Translations under genes and position numbers: made by a program | Notes under the pieces: generated by a model | Told to the model about the DNA's origin: nothing | Database searches by the model: none | Seen by the model: the letters and a program-made list of their open reading frames with translations, nothing else | Shown: positions 17,686 to 27,113 of the stretch, one piece after another | Position numbering within the stretch: the stretch's first letter is position 1 | Layout: each line of letters begins with the position of its first letter | NCBI GenBank assembly: GCA_964398885.1 | Contig: CAYNOU010000001.1 | Coordinates: 221-64,220, forward strand | DNA from: an uncultured Candidatus Cloacimonadota bacterium | GTDB lineage: Bacteria; Cloacimonadota; Cloacimonadia; JGIOTU-2 | Direction of reading: 5' to 3' | DNA length: 64,000 nt

Positions 17686-18684
17686 ATGACAAGAGTAGGT
17701 TTATCCTTTGATGATATTTTACTCATTCCAAATTATTCAGAAGTAGTTTCTCGCATTCATATTGATTTAACAACAAAGATTACTAAAAATTACAAAATAA
17801 AACTACCAATAATTTCTGCAAATATGGATACTATTACGGAATTTGATATGGCAGATAAAATTTACGAATTTGGCGGATTGGGTATTGTTCATAGATTTTG
17901 CTCAATTGAAAAAGAAGTATCAATAATTGAGAAATTACGCAATACTGGAAATGAAATATGTGCTGGGTCAATAGGTGTTGCACGGGAATACAAAGAGCGT
18001 CTGCAAGCACTGGTAGATGCTGGAGCAAACATAATCTGTATTGATGTTGCTCACGGACATCATAAGTTAATGGCAGACACTATAAATCTATGTAAAAAAT
18101 ATAATGTTGATATAATCGCAGGTAATATTGCAACTGTTGAAGCTGCAGAATTTCTATGCAAGCATGAAGTAGACGCTGTAAAAGTTGGAATCGGACCGGG
18201 TTCTATGTGCACCACTCGTATAAATGCTGGCTTTGGCGTTCCACAGATTACTGCACTTGAAGATGTCTGTTCAATAACAAAAAAATATAATGTTCCAGTA
18301 ATTGCCGATGGCGGTATCAAAAACTCTGGCGATGTAGCAAAAGCATTAGCTGTTGGTGCTGATTCCGTTATGATTGGTGCTCTCTTCGCTGGATGTAAAG
18401 AAACTCCAGGACCAATTCATAAAGAAGGCAATTTCCCAAACTATCGGCTTTATAAACAATATCGTGGCTCAGCCAGTTTGGAATCAAAATTGGAACGAGG
18501 TGAAAAAGAAAAAAATATTGAGGGAATAAGCATTACTGTTGACTATAAAGGACCAGTCAAATATGTTGTTAAAAATATTGAAGATGGCCTGCGTTCTGCC
18601 TTTTCTTATGCTGGAGCAAATAATATCCAAGAATATCACAAAAAGGTAAAATATATTCAGACAAGGAAGCTGGTCGCGAGCTAA
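17686..18684 (+). CDS. IMP dehydrogenase/GMP reductase family protein lacking the CBS insert
   Basis: 'GIGPGSMCTTR' is the catalytic Cys loop, and 'VIADGGI' and 'GADSVMIG' are present. The 332-aa size with no CBS pair fits GuaC-like/short IMPDH-family enzymes. Confidence 0.75.
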   Translation: MTRVGLSFDDILLIPNYSEVVSRIHIDLTTKITKNYKIKLPIISANMDTITEFDMADKIYEFGGLGIVHRFCSIEKEVSIIEKLRNTGNEICAGSIGVAREYKERLQALVDAGANIICIDVAHGHHKLMADTINLCKKYNVDIIAGNIATVEAAEFLCKHEVDAVKVGIGPGSMCTTRINAGFGVPQITALEDVCSITKKYNVPVIADGGIKNSGDVAKALAVGADSVMIGALFAGCKETPGPIHKEGNFPNYRLYKQYRGSASLESKLERGEKEKNIEGISITVDYKGPVKYVVKNIEDGLRSAFSYAGANNIQEYHKKVKYIQTRKLVAS

Positions 18685-19053
18685 CGAATTACGAGTTGCA
18701 GGTTAGTCTCAGAAACCCGACTCGAGCTCGCAGAGCCGTCAAATAAAAGATTGAGAGTATTTTGAAATTATTTTCTATTCCAACTAATAATAAACAAATT
18801 TATGAAAAAAACAATTATATTCTGAATTTGACACATTTTTATATTGACAAACATTCACAAATGCAGAATTTAAAAATTAGTTTTGCAGGACTTTTTCTTA
18901 CAGTTCTCGAAAATTAGCACATAATTTCAACTTAGGAAAAAAATGAAAAAAAAGTTATTTTGCATAAATTTGGATTTTAAAATCCCTAAAATTATCAATT
19001 TTTTTTCAATTATATGAATCTTAAAAAAAGACAAAAAATCAAAGGAGGAGAAA

Positions 19054-19896
19054 ATGCGCATTAGTATTAGAGGATTGTTATTTATTTGTTTGTTTGTATT
19101 CTTTAGCTCGATTTGTTCAGCTGGAGAGGTTTTTAAACAGGTTCAAGAAAGTGGGATTGTAAGAATTGGTCTCGAAAACAATATTATCCCATCAGGTTTT
19201 ATAAATAACGAAGACCAGTGGGTTGGTTTTGATGTTGATATGGCTGAAGCTCTTGTGGAACATCTTAAAAAATATGTTGGAAAAGAACTGAAGATTGAAT
19301 TTGTCAAAGTGGATAATGAAACTCGAATTTCATTTGTAGTTTCCAGAAAGGTAGATTTAAGCATTTCCAATATGACTCACACAAAAAAGCGGGATGATAT
19401 CATCGACTTTTCGATCACCTATTTTTTTGACGGTCAGAAAATCCTGGCAAAGAAAGGCAAATTTGAGAAGCTGGAAGATTTCGCAGGAAAGTTGATTGCT
19501 GTGGAAAAAGGAACTACAGCAGAGATGAAGGCTGTCGAAATTTTAAAAAAAATTGGTGTCCAGAAACCTGAACAACACATAATATCACAAGGAATTACAG
19601 AGTGTTTTGAGCTTCTTAAAAACGATGAAGTTGATGGTTGGTTAGATGATAGTTCAATTCTTTTAGCACTTTCAGCTATTGAACCTGGAAAATACGAATT
19701 AATTGGTGATTTCCTCAGTAACGAGCCATATGGGATGGGTTTGCCCGAAAATGATAGCGATTGGCGGGATGCAGTTAATTTTGCTATTCAGGATATCTGG
19801 CATGATGGAACATATGAAAAGATCTATAATAAATGGTATGGACCGGATTCTTCATTTTATTTCCCATTGAGCGAAGAAATCGAAATCTGGCCTTAA
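19054..19896 (+). CDS. Periplasmic solute-binding protein, family 3 (amino-acid type)
   Basis: A signal peptide is present. 'IVRIGLENNIIPSGF...WVGFDVDMAEAL', 'DLSISNMTHTKKRDDIIDFS' and 'YGMGLPENDSDWRDAVNFAI' are SBP_bac_3 hallmarks. Confidence 0.75.
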   Translation: MRISIRGLLFICLFVFFSSICSAGEVFKQVQESGIVRIGLENNIIPSGFINNEDQWVGFDVDMAEALVEHLKKYVGKELKIEFVKVDNETRISFVVSRKVDLSISNMTHTKKRDDIIDFSITYFFDGQKILAKKGKFEKLEDFAGKLIAVEKGTTAEMKAVEILKKIGVQKPEQHIISQGITECFELLKNDEVDGWLDDSSILLALSAIEPGKYELIGDFLSNEPYGMGLPENDSDWRDAVNFAIQDIWHDGTYEKIYNKWYGPDSSFYFPLSEEIEIWP

Positions 19897-19926
19897 AAAA
19901 ATATTTTTTAAACAAAAGGGGGAGAA

Positions 19927-20919
19927 GTGAAAAAAGGTATTTTCATTTTAGGTATTTTTGCATTTATTATCTTATCAGGATGCGCCAAAGCTCCAAAAAA
20001 AGTTTTACTGGTTTTTAGTTATCATCCGGAATATTCGTGGGTAAAGGAACAAACAAAAGGTGTGGAAGAAATTCTCACAGATAAAGTTTATAATCAAGAG
20101 GATAAAACGATTCTCCAACACAGTAAATATAAAATTGAAAAATTCTATCTGGATACCAAAAGACATACCAGTTCTGAATGGAATGAAAAAATTACTGAGG
20201 AAACAATTAAAAAAATCGCAGAATTCAAACCTGATATTGTTATTGTATTTGATGATAATGCTTGCGAATTGGTAGCAAAACAATACATCGGAAAAAAACT
20301 ACCTTTTGTTTTCTGCGGTATGAATGGTGAACCATCTGACTACGGATTCCCTGCTGAAAATATTACAGGCGTAATAGAAAGACTTCACATCGATGAATCG
20401 TATGAACTTCTAAAACAAATTCTACCGGATGTTGAGAAAATTGCCTTTATAACTGATAATAGTCATACTTCACAAAAGATTATGAGCAGGATAAACAAAG
20501 CTGATTTTCCTGCAGAAATTAGCGAAATTATGACCACAAATGATCTTAATGAATGGAAAAAAAAGATAAAGGATTTCCAAAATAATGTGGATGCAATCGG
20601 TATAATTTTGTATCACACAATCCAAGCAGACGGAAAAAGCATTCCTTCAGAAGAAGTAATTCATTGGACGATTGCCAATAATCAGCTTCCGGAATTTGTC
20701 TTCTGGGATTTTGTGATTGCAGAAGGTGCTTTTTGTGGTGTAACGATCTCCGGTTATGAGCAGGGAAAAGCAGCAGCAGAAATTGCAGTAAGAATTTTAA
20801 ATGGCGACAAACCTGCTGATATTCAAATTTCTCGTACAAACGCGGTAATTCCAATGATTAACCTGGAAAGAGCAAAACAACTTAACCTGAAAATTAATGA
20901 GGAAATTCTAAAAAAATAA
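19927..20919 (+). CDS. Lipoprotein, ABC_sub_bind-type solute-binding protein
   Basis: The GTG start follows gggggag. The lipobox is 'ILSGC'. 'KVLLVFSYHPEYSWVKEQTKG' and 'DIVIVFDDNA' are typical of the PF04392 family. Confidence 0.6.
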   Translation: MKKGIFILGIFAFIILSGCAKAPKKVLLVFSYHPEYSWVKEQTKGVEEILTDKVYNQEDKTILQHSKYKIEKFYLDTKRHTSSEWNEKITEETIKKIAEFKPDIVIVFDDNACELVAKQYIGKKLPFVFCGMNGEPSDYGFPAENITGVIERLHIDESYELLKQILPDVEKIAFITDNSHTSQKIMSRINKADFPAEISEIMTTNDLNEWKKKIKDFQNNVDAIGIILYHTIQADGKSIPSEEVIHWTIANNQLPEFVFWDFVIAEGAFCGVTISGYEQGKAAAEIAVRILNGDKPADIQISRTNAVIPMINLERAKQLNLKINEEILKK

Positions 20920-20929
20920 GGGAGTTAAA

Positions 20930-21595
20930 ATGTTAACTTTTGCAGAAGAACTTTTATTACTTGCCTTAGATGACGAAAAGGGAGTTCTCGTTCAAATGCC
21001 GATTATGTCATTTGAATATGGACTTGTTGGAGCAATTCTGATGGAATTAGCTCTGATAAACAAAATCGACACGGATTTGAAAAACCTGATTCTCGTAGAT
21101 GAATCTGAAACCGGAGATGAAATTTTTGATAAAGTCATCCGCTTTATTAAAGAATATCCAAAATCTAAAGATGCAAAATATTGGGTTAATGTAATTTGCA
21201 GTAGAATCGAAAATCTTAAAGACCTTTTATTAGCCCGTCTTATTGAAAAGGGTATTTTGAAAGAGATTGAAAAAAAGATTCTCTGGGTTTTTTCAAAAAG
21301 GCGATATCCAGTAGTTGATAACAAAGAAGAAAAAGAGGTGAAAACCAGGATTCGTGATACTATTTTGAGTGACGAAATTCCAGACCCGCGGGATATTGTG
21401 TTGATTTCCCTGGTAAGGACTTGTGGGCTGATGGATGAAATTTTTTCTACTGAAGAGATTGAGACTGCAAATTCTCGAATAGCTCAAATTGCCAAAATGG
21501 ATCTGATTGGTCAGGCTGTTTCTAAGGTTGTAAATGAGATTCAGAAAATGGTCACATCTGCTGTTGCTTCAGTTATGATGGGTCCTCCAGCATAA
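20930..21595 (+). CDS. GPP34/GOLPH3-family protein
   Basis: The N-terminal 'MLTFAEELLLLALDDEKG' and overall helical pattern are characteristic of PF05719. Confidence 0.6.
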   Translation: MLTFAEELLLLALDDEKGVLVQMPIMSFEYGLVGAILMELALINKIDTDLKNLILVDESETGDEIFDKVIRFIKEYPKSKDAKYWVNVICSRIENLKDLLLARLIEKGILKEIEKKILWVFSKRRYPVVDNKEEKEVKTRIRDTILSDEIPDPRDIVLISLVRTCGLMDEIFSTEEIETANSRIAQIAKMDLIGQAVSKVVNEIQKMVTSAVASVMMGPPA

Positions 21596-21699
21596 ATGAA
21601 TTTGTTGATTTAATCATTTGGAGATATGGTGATTGAAAATTGAATATTGAATATTGAACTAATATTTTGCATCGTTCCCAATCCCCTCATTCCATTCTT

Positions 21700-21845
21700 C
21701 CTTTCTCGTCTTCTCGTCTTCTCGTCTTCTCATCTTCTCATCTTCTTGTCTTCTCATCTTCTCGTCTTCTCGTCTTCTCATCTTCTCATCTTCTTGTCTT
21801 CTCATCTTCTCGTCTTCTCGTCTTCTCATCTTCTCGTCTTCTCCT
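21700..21845. repeat. Polypyrimidine octamer tandem array (~18 units) with 48-bp higher-order period
   Basis: The unit is TCTTCTYR, seen as tcgtcttc, tcatcttc and ttgtcttc. The variable dinucleotides read cg | cg cg ca ca tg ca | cg cg ca ca tg ca | cg cg ca cg. The array is intergenic, 75 bp upstream of 21920. Confidence 0.9.
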
Positions 21846-21919
21846 TTTATTTGACATTAGGAATTCGGATTTAGAAATTAATTTATTTTTTCCGGTTTTC
21901 CCGGATTAGGTGGTAAAAA

Positions 21920-22909
21920 ATGAAGCAGTTTAATTTTATTTTGATTTATCTTTTTATGAGTATTTGTTTCATTTTCTCTCTTTCAGCAGAGGAGAAAATT
22001 TTGGAGCAAACTATTGTTCTGGAAGTTCAGTGGTTTCCGCAATCTCAATTTGCAGGCTATATTGTTGCTTATGAAAAAGGATTTTATAAAGAGCTCGGAC
22101 TTGATGTTCAGATTAGTTTTTCGGATGGAACTGATAGTCCGATAAATAAAATCCTGAATGAAGAAGCAAAATTCTGTACAGCCTGGTTGTCTCAAGCGAT
22201 TGTTCTAAAAACAAAAGGAACACCAATCGTAAATATCTCTCAAATCCTGCAAAAATCTTCACTTTTGTTAGTTGCAAAAAAAACGAGCAATATTTTTGAG
22301 CCGACAGATATGAATGGAAAATGCATCAGTACCTGGGGAGGTGATTTTTCCATCCAACCCAATGCTTTTTTTAATAAATTTGATATTAATGCGAAAGTTG
22401 TTCCCCAGTCTTTTACAATCGATGCCTTTCTTGCCGGTGCCTGCGATGTTTGCTCTGCAATGTATTACAATGAATATCACAAATTCATTCAGGCCGGAAT
22501 AAATGAAGATGAATTAGTGCCTTTTTTCTACTCTGATTTTAACCTGAATTTTCCGGAAGATGGGATATATTGCACTGAAAAAACTTTTAATACTAATCCT
22601 GAACTTTGTAGAAAGATCGTTCAAGCTTCCATTTCAGGCTGGGAATATGCTTTTGCTCATCCTGAGGAAACTCTGGATTTTGTGATGAAATATTGTGATG
22701 AATTTTATATGCAAACCAACTGGTCTCATCAGAAGTGGATGCTGAAAGCAATTGAAACTGCAGTTAAATATCAAGTTGGCGATGATTCTGCGAATTGGGG
22801 AAAATTGCGAAAAGATGATTTCCTGAGAGTTGCTTATGAATTGAAAGAACAAGGTTTTATAGATGAAATTCCGAATTTCAATAATTTTTTTAAAGGTGAT
22901 TTGAAATGA
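21920..22909 (+). CDS. NMT1/THI5-like (nitrate/sulfonate/bicarbonate-type) solute-binding protein
   Basis: A signal peptide is present. 'VQWFPQSQFAGYIVAYEKGFYKELGLDVQI' is typical of this SBP family. The stop overlaps the start of the phosphatase gene (ATGA at 22906-22909). Confidence 0.65.
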   Translation: MKQFNFILIYLFMSICFIFSLSAEEKILEQTIVLEVQWFPQSQFAGYIVAYEKGFYKELGLDVQISFSDGTDSPINKILNEEAKFCTAWLSQAIVLKTKGTPIVNISQILQKSSLLLVAKKTSNIFEPTDMNGKCISTWGGDFSIQPNAFFNKFDINAKVVPQSFTIDAFLAGACDVCSAMYYNEYHKFIQAGINEDELVPFFYSDFNLNFPEDGIYCTEKTFNTNPELCRKIVQASISGWEYAFAHPEETLDFVMKYCDEFYMQTNWSHQKWMLKAIETAVKYQVGDDSANWGKLRKDDFLRVAYELKEQGFIDEIPNFNNFFKGDLK

Positions 22910-24831
22910 TAGATGATATAAAATTAGAAGTAAAAAAACCAATCCTGAAAAAATTAATTCTTTCCATTGGAATTCCGCTTTTAATAGTTTATTTAACTGT
23001 TTTAGTTCTGAATTATATCTGGGGAAAAAGTGCTGCTCTCGAGCAGACAAAAAATTATCTGATAGAATTAACAAACCATCATGCTGCTGTTCTGGATGCT
23101 CAATTTTCAAAGATAACCATGGCTCCGATTGCAGTTTCGGAAGCTCTTGAAACTCTGCAAAAACCTACTCATGAGCAACTCATTTCTCTAGTAGAAGAAA
23201 AAATGGAATACAATCAAAATATTTTTGGGATGGCTGTAGCATTCGAGCCTTATGAATTTAGCTCCCAAAAAGAGTTTTATTCTCCTTATGTGTACAAAGA
23301 GAATGGGAGTTTTTTGTCTTGTGAGCTATCTGAGAGTTACAATTATCTGCTTAAAGATTGGTATTTGATACCTAAACTATTGAATCACTCTTATTGGATA
23401 GAACCCTATTTTGATGAAGGCGGTGGTAATATTTTGATGAACACATTTTCTGCTCCGATTTATTCCAAAGATAAATTCATAGGAATCGCCACTGCAGATA
23501 TGTCTTTGGAAAATCTTAAAGCCAGTATGGATAGTATTAACATTATGGGAGGATACACATTTATCATCAGCCAGCATGGAACCTATATTTACCATCCGAA
23601 TAGAAGGGATATTATGAGGGAAACTCTTTTCAGTAAAGCACAAAGAGTAGATTTCCCTCCTATGAGAGAATTTGGACGCGATATGCTGAAAGGCAATAAA
23701 GCTGTTACTCCCTTCTTTGACCCGATACAAAATTCCAAACAGTGGCTGGTTTATACTCCCATAAAATCTACGGGTTGGACATTAGCTGCAGTTATACCGG
23801 AAAAACAAATTTTAGCATCTGTGCATTCTGCAATTATACGTCAGAGTTCGGTTATGTTAATCGGACTTCTGATTATTTCATTGGTTATTATCTGGGCTTC
23901 TATGGGAATCGCTAAACCGATTCGAAAACTGGTTGGACTCGCAGGAATACTTGCCACCGGAAATCTGGATGTACAGATGGAAAATATCAAAGGGGAAGAC
24001 GAAATTCATGAACTGGCTGTGGTTTTCAATAAAATGGTCATAGATTTGAAACAACATATTGAAGATTTAACAAGAACCACAAAAGCAAAACAAGCTGTGG
24101 AAAGCGAATTGAAAATTGCGCGTCAAATCCAGGAATCGCTTTTGCCCAGAATCTGGCCTGCTTTCCCGGATAGAGAAGAGTTTGATCTTTATGCAAAGAA
24201 TATTCCTGCCAAAGAAGTAGCAGGTGATTTCTATGATTTCTTCTTTTTGGATGATAATACTTTAGCTATTATTATTGCAGATGTTTCCGGTAAGGGAATT
24301 TCAGCCGGATTATTTATGGCTGTAACCAGAACTTTGATGAAAACCGTTTGTCAAAAAGGTGTTGAACCGGCAGATGCTGTTGAGAAAGCGAACAATATTC
24401 TTTGCCAGGATAATGATGCATGTATGTTCACAACTCTTTTTCTGGCAATTTACAGCGTGGATACCGGCAAGTATTCTTATGCAAATGCAGGGCATAATTT
24501 GCCGATTGTTTTAGCGAAGAATGGAGATTGTAGATTCCTGCCAACTCTTAATAATATTGCCATGGGAATCGCTGATGAACACCATTACAACCAGGTAGAT
24601 TCAAATTTAGAAGTTGGTGATAGTTTGATTCTTTATACGGATGGAGTTACAGAAGCAACTGACGGTTCGGATAATCTTTATGGTGAAGAAAGATTTTGTG
24701 AAAAATTGAAAATCAATGTTTCAAATCCTGTGGAAGTCCTTTTGAATAAAATCGAAGATGACCTTGATAAATTTCAGGGAGAAAATCAATTTGACGATAT
24801 TACCATGTTATTTATTAGAAGGATGATATAA
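22906..24831 (+). CDS. Membrane sensor: dCache-like periplasmic domain - HAMP - PP2C/SpoIIE phosphatase (RsbU-like)
   Basis: Two TM segments flank a ~280-aa Cache-like region ('DWYLIPK..YWIEPYFDEGGGNILMNTFSAPIY', 'GWTLAAVIPE'). A HAMP-like linker follows. SpoIIE motifs are 'AGDFYDFFFL..IIADVSGKGISAGLFMA' and 'LILYTDGVTEA'. Confidence 0.8.
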   Translation: MIDDIKLEVKKPILKKLILSIGIPLLIVYLTVLVLNYIWGKSAALEQTKNYLIELTNHHAAVLDAQFSKITMAPIAVSEALETLQKPTHEQLISLVEEKMEYNQNIFGMAVAFEPYEFSSQKEFYSPYVYKENGSFLSCELSESYNYLLKDWYLIPKLLNHSYWIEPYFDEGGGNILMNTFSAPIYSKDKFIGIATADMSLENLKASMDSINIMGGYTFIISQHGTYIYHPNRRDIMRETLFSKAQRVDFPPMREFGRDMLKGNKAVTPFFDPIQNSKQWLVYTPIKSTGWTLAAVIPEKQILASVHSAIIRQSSVMLIGLLIISLVIIWASMGIAKPIRKLVGLAGILATGNLDVQMENIKGEDEIHELAVVFNKMVIDLKQHIEDLTRTTKAKQAVESELKIARQIQESLLPRIWPAFPDREEFDLYAKNIPAKEVAGDFYDFFFLDDNTLAIIIADVSGKGISAGLFMAVTRTLMKTVCQKGVEPADAVEKANNILCQDNDACMFTTLFLAIYSVDTGKYSYANAGHNLPIVLAKNGDCRFLPTLNNIAMGIADEHHYNQVDSNLEVGDSLILYTDGVTEATDGSDNLYGEERFCEKLKINVSNPVEVLLNKIEDDLDKFQGENQFDDITMLFIRRMI

Positions 24832-24837
24832 AGACAA

Positions 24838-25161
24838 ATGAAAACCGAAAATATTTTTACTGAAAATGGGATTATAGATTCTCACGAAATATTTGAAACT
24901 TTATTGAAATCTGATGATTTCAAATTGGAACGGATAATTTCTTCCGGGCAGGCAACTCCAGAGGGTGAATGGCTTTGTCAGGAATTGGATGAATGGGTGA
25001 TACTTCTGAGAGGAAGTGCAGGATTAAGTTTTGAAGATGAGGAATGTATCCACAATTTGTTTCCTGGAGATTATATTCATATCCCTGCAAATAAGCGACA
25101 TCGCGTGGAATGGACAGATAAAAACCAAAAGACAATCTGGTTAGCGTTTCATTATAAATAA
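24838..25161 (+). CDS. Cupin domain protein
   Basis: 'GDYIHIPANKRHRVEWT' is cupin motif 2. The gene starts 6 nt after the phosphatase gene. Confidence 0.6.
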   Translation: MKTENIFTENGIIDSHEIFETLLKSDDFKLERIISSGQATPEGEWLCQELDEWVILLRGSAGLSFEDEECIHNLFPGDYIHIPANKRHRVEWTDKNQKTIWLAFHYK

Positions 25162-25451
25162 TGAAGTTCGTAAACTCACCCCAGCACATAGTTTATTTAT
25201 CTTCGTTGTAGTTTAGACAAAGTAGGTGTTGGGGTCTTGGAAACGGGGATAGGAGTTTTCAACTACAACTCGAGATTGAAAATAAAACTTGCTAAATTTT
25301 TGAAATTTAGCACGTTTGTCTTCTCATTCCCAAGCCCCAGCTTGGGAATGTAATTCTTTGTGTTTTAGAAGATTACTAAGCTGGGGCTTAGTAACCAGAA
25401 TTTGGCCGGAATGTAGTGGGATTTATTAAAAATAAATTATGGAATAGAAAA

Positions 25452-26966
25452 ATGGTTAAAAAAGAAATATCAACAATTAGTTTACCGGTCAACTTATCAT
25501 ATTTAGCTGCCATACAATCTTATATTGGAGCAATAGCAAACAAAGTCGGCTTTTCTCAAAAAGACAAAAACTTGATTCTTTTAGCAGTTGAGGAAGCGGT
25601 TTCAAATGTTGTTAAACATGCATTTTCACCAGAGGAAGAAGCAACTTTTGAGGTGACATGCCAATTGTCCTCCACTGAATTACGTGTAATTATCAAGGAT
25701 AAAGGTTTACCTTTTGATCCCTCTCAGGTAAAGGCATTTTCTCTAAAAAAAGCTTTAAAAGAAGAAAAACAAGTCGGTCTTGGATTTCGTTTGATGAAAG
25801 GAAGTGTAGATGAACTGACTTTTCATAATAAAGGTTTTGGGGGAAAAGAAGTCCACATTGTAAAATTTCTTCATCAGCAGCGTATTGAAAATCTTATTGA
25901 AGAATCTTCTTTGCAAGAGTATTCTCAACCAGTACATATAAAGAAAAAAGAAAAAATTCCCTATCATGTTCAGCTTCTGGAACCATCTCAGGCAATAGAC
26001 ATTTGCAGGAGTGCCTACAGGACTTACGGATACACTTATATTTATGAGCATATTTATTATCCGGAACGAATAGTGGAAATGACGAAAACTGGCGAGCTCA
26101 TTTCTGCTGTTGCTGTATGTGATGAGACAAATGAAATAATGAGCCACTCAGCTCTGGAATTTTTTGGTGAAAAAAAGGAACTGCCTGAACTTGGCATGGC
26201 GTTCACCAAACCTAAATTTCGAGGTCAGGGTTGTTTTAATTCTATTGGCGATTTTCTCGTCAGATATGCAAAAGAAATCGGTATTACAGGTATGTTTGCA
26301 AAGGCTGTAACCACCCATCCATTTTCTCAAAAAGGGTGTTTACGTCATGGACTAAAAGAATGTGGAATGCTCATTGGTTTGTCTCCTACAAAAAAATTCA
26401 AAAAAATGGAAGAAAAAGCCGGGCAGAGAGAAAGTCTGGTTCTTGTGTATTTATCTTTAAAAAAATCTTTGAAACCGGTTATATGCCTGCCTTCACAGCA
26501 TAAAGAGATTATTGAAAAAATCTATAAAAATATAGAAGTACCATATATGTTAGAAAAACCGGAACAAAGAGATATCCCACAGCTTTGCGAAGAGCAATCC
26601 AATATTGAAATAAATGTGAACAGTTCGCTTTTGATTGCTAATATCCGGGTGAAAAAATATGGGAAAAGTATTATCGATGAAGTTCAACTTCGTTTGAAAG
26701 AATTATGTTTCAAAAAGATAGAAGCAATAAATATCTATCTTAATCTGTGCGATCCATATACAGCTATTTTCACGGAAAAATTTGAAAAAATGGGATTCTT
26801 CTTTGCAGGTGTGTTGCCAACCAAATCCAGGCAAAATCTGATTCTGCAGTATCTTAATAATGTACCTATCAATTACTCCAAAATCATTACTCTCACAGAT
26901 TTTGGTACAAATTTACTATCTTATGTGAAGTCTTTGGATCCAAATCAGCATCTTCAAAATTATTAG
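25452..26966 (+). CDS. RsbW/SpoIIAB-like HATPase (anti-sigma kinase type) fused to a GNAT acetyltransferase and an uncharacterised C-terminal domain
   Basis: 'LAVEEAVSNVVKHAF' and 'GLGFRLMKGSVDELTF' are the N-box and G-box of RsbW-type kinases. 'LGMAFTKPKFRGQGCFNSIGDFL' is the GNAT acetyl-CoA loop (R/Q-x-x-G-x-G). I prefer the ATG at 25452 to the GTG at 25416. Confidence 0.65.
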   Translation: MVKKEISTISLPVNLSYLAAIQSYIGAIANKVGFSQKDKNLILLAVEEAVSNVVKHAFSPEEEATFEVTCQLSSTELRVIIKDKGLPFDPSQVKAFSLKKALKEEKQVGLGFRLMKGSVDELTFHNKGFGGKEVHIVKFLHQQRIENLIEESSLQEYSQPVHIKKKEKIPYHVQLLEPSQAIDICRSAYRTYGYTYIYEHIYYPERIVEMTKTGELISAVAVCDETNEIMSHSALEFFGEKKELPELGMAFTKPKFRGQGCFNSIGDFLVRYAKEIGITGMFAKAVTTHPFSQKGCLRHGLKECGMLIGLSPTKKFKKMEEKAGQRESLVLVYLSLKKSLKPVICLPSQHKEIIEKIYKNIEVPYMLEKPEQRDIPQLCEEQSNIEINVNSSLLIANIRVKKYGKSIIDEVQLRLKELCFKKIEAINIYLNLCDPYTAIFTEKFEKMGFFFAGVLPTKSRQNLILQYLNNVPINYSKIITLTDFGTNLLSYVKSLDPNQHLQNY

Positions 26967-27026
26967 CTTTGAAAATCGGGTTTTCATGCATTTGGGAATT
27001 CAAAATTAAAAAATATAGGTGGAGAG

Positions 27027-27113
27027 ATGAAATTTGAAAGATTTAAAATAAGTTTTAAGGTTTGTATTGGTGTATTATTAATGCTTATTTCCTGTTCAAC
27101 CCCAACCCCTTGA
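27027..27113 (+). pseudogene. 28-codon signal-peptide/lipobox ORF ending exactly at a repeat module (possible truncated lipoprotein gene)
   Basis: The sequence is ggtggagag-ATG, 'MKFERFKISFKVCIGVLLMLISCSTPTP*'. The TGA stop is formed at the junction with the module gaaacccgactcgagcttgcagagcc (27112-27137), which also occurs at 18712-18737. Confidence 0.25.

Noticed and set aside
18744-19053. Promoter or riboswitch call in the 369-bp AT-rich, module-free spacer upstream of the first SBP gene (contains two TTGACA hexamers at ~18828 and ~18846)
   Set aside because: No properly spaced -10 element could be paired with either hexamer by eye, and no conserved riboswitch core was recognised. It probably does contain a promoter, but I cannot place one.
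21700-21845. Possible CRISPR array
   Set aside because: The units are 8 bp and contiguous with no spacers, and there are no cas genes. It is a microsatellite-like array, not a CRISPR.
21647-21909. Two overlapping + strand ORFs (75 and 80 aa) translating to SSHLLVF/SSSRLLVF repeats
   Set aside because: They are translation artefacts of the 8-bp tandem array. An 8-nt period cannot maintain a codon frame, both frames are open, and there is no RBS.
25291-25311. Hairpin gctaaattt-ttg-aaatttagc as a terminator of the SpoIIE/cupin unit
   Set aside because: The stem is entirely AT-rich apart from its GC ends, and the downstream T-tract is weak (acgtttgtcttctc). It cannot be distinguished from the surrounding module mosaic.
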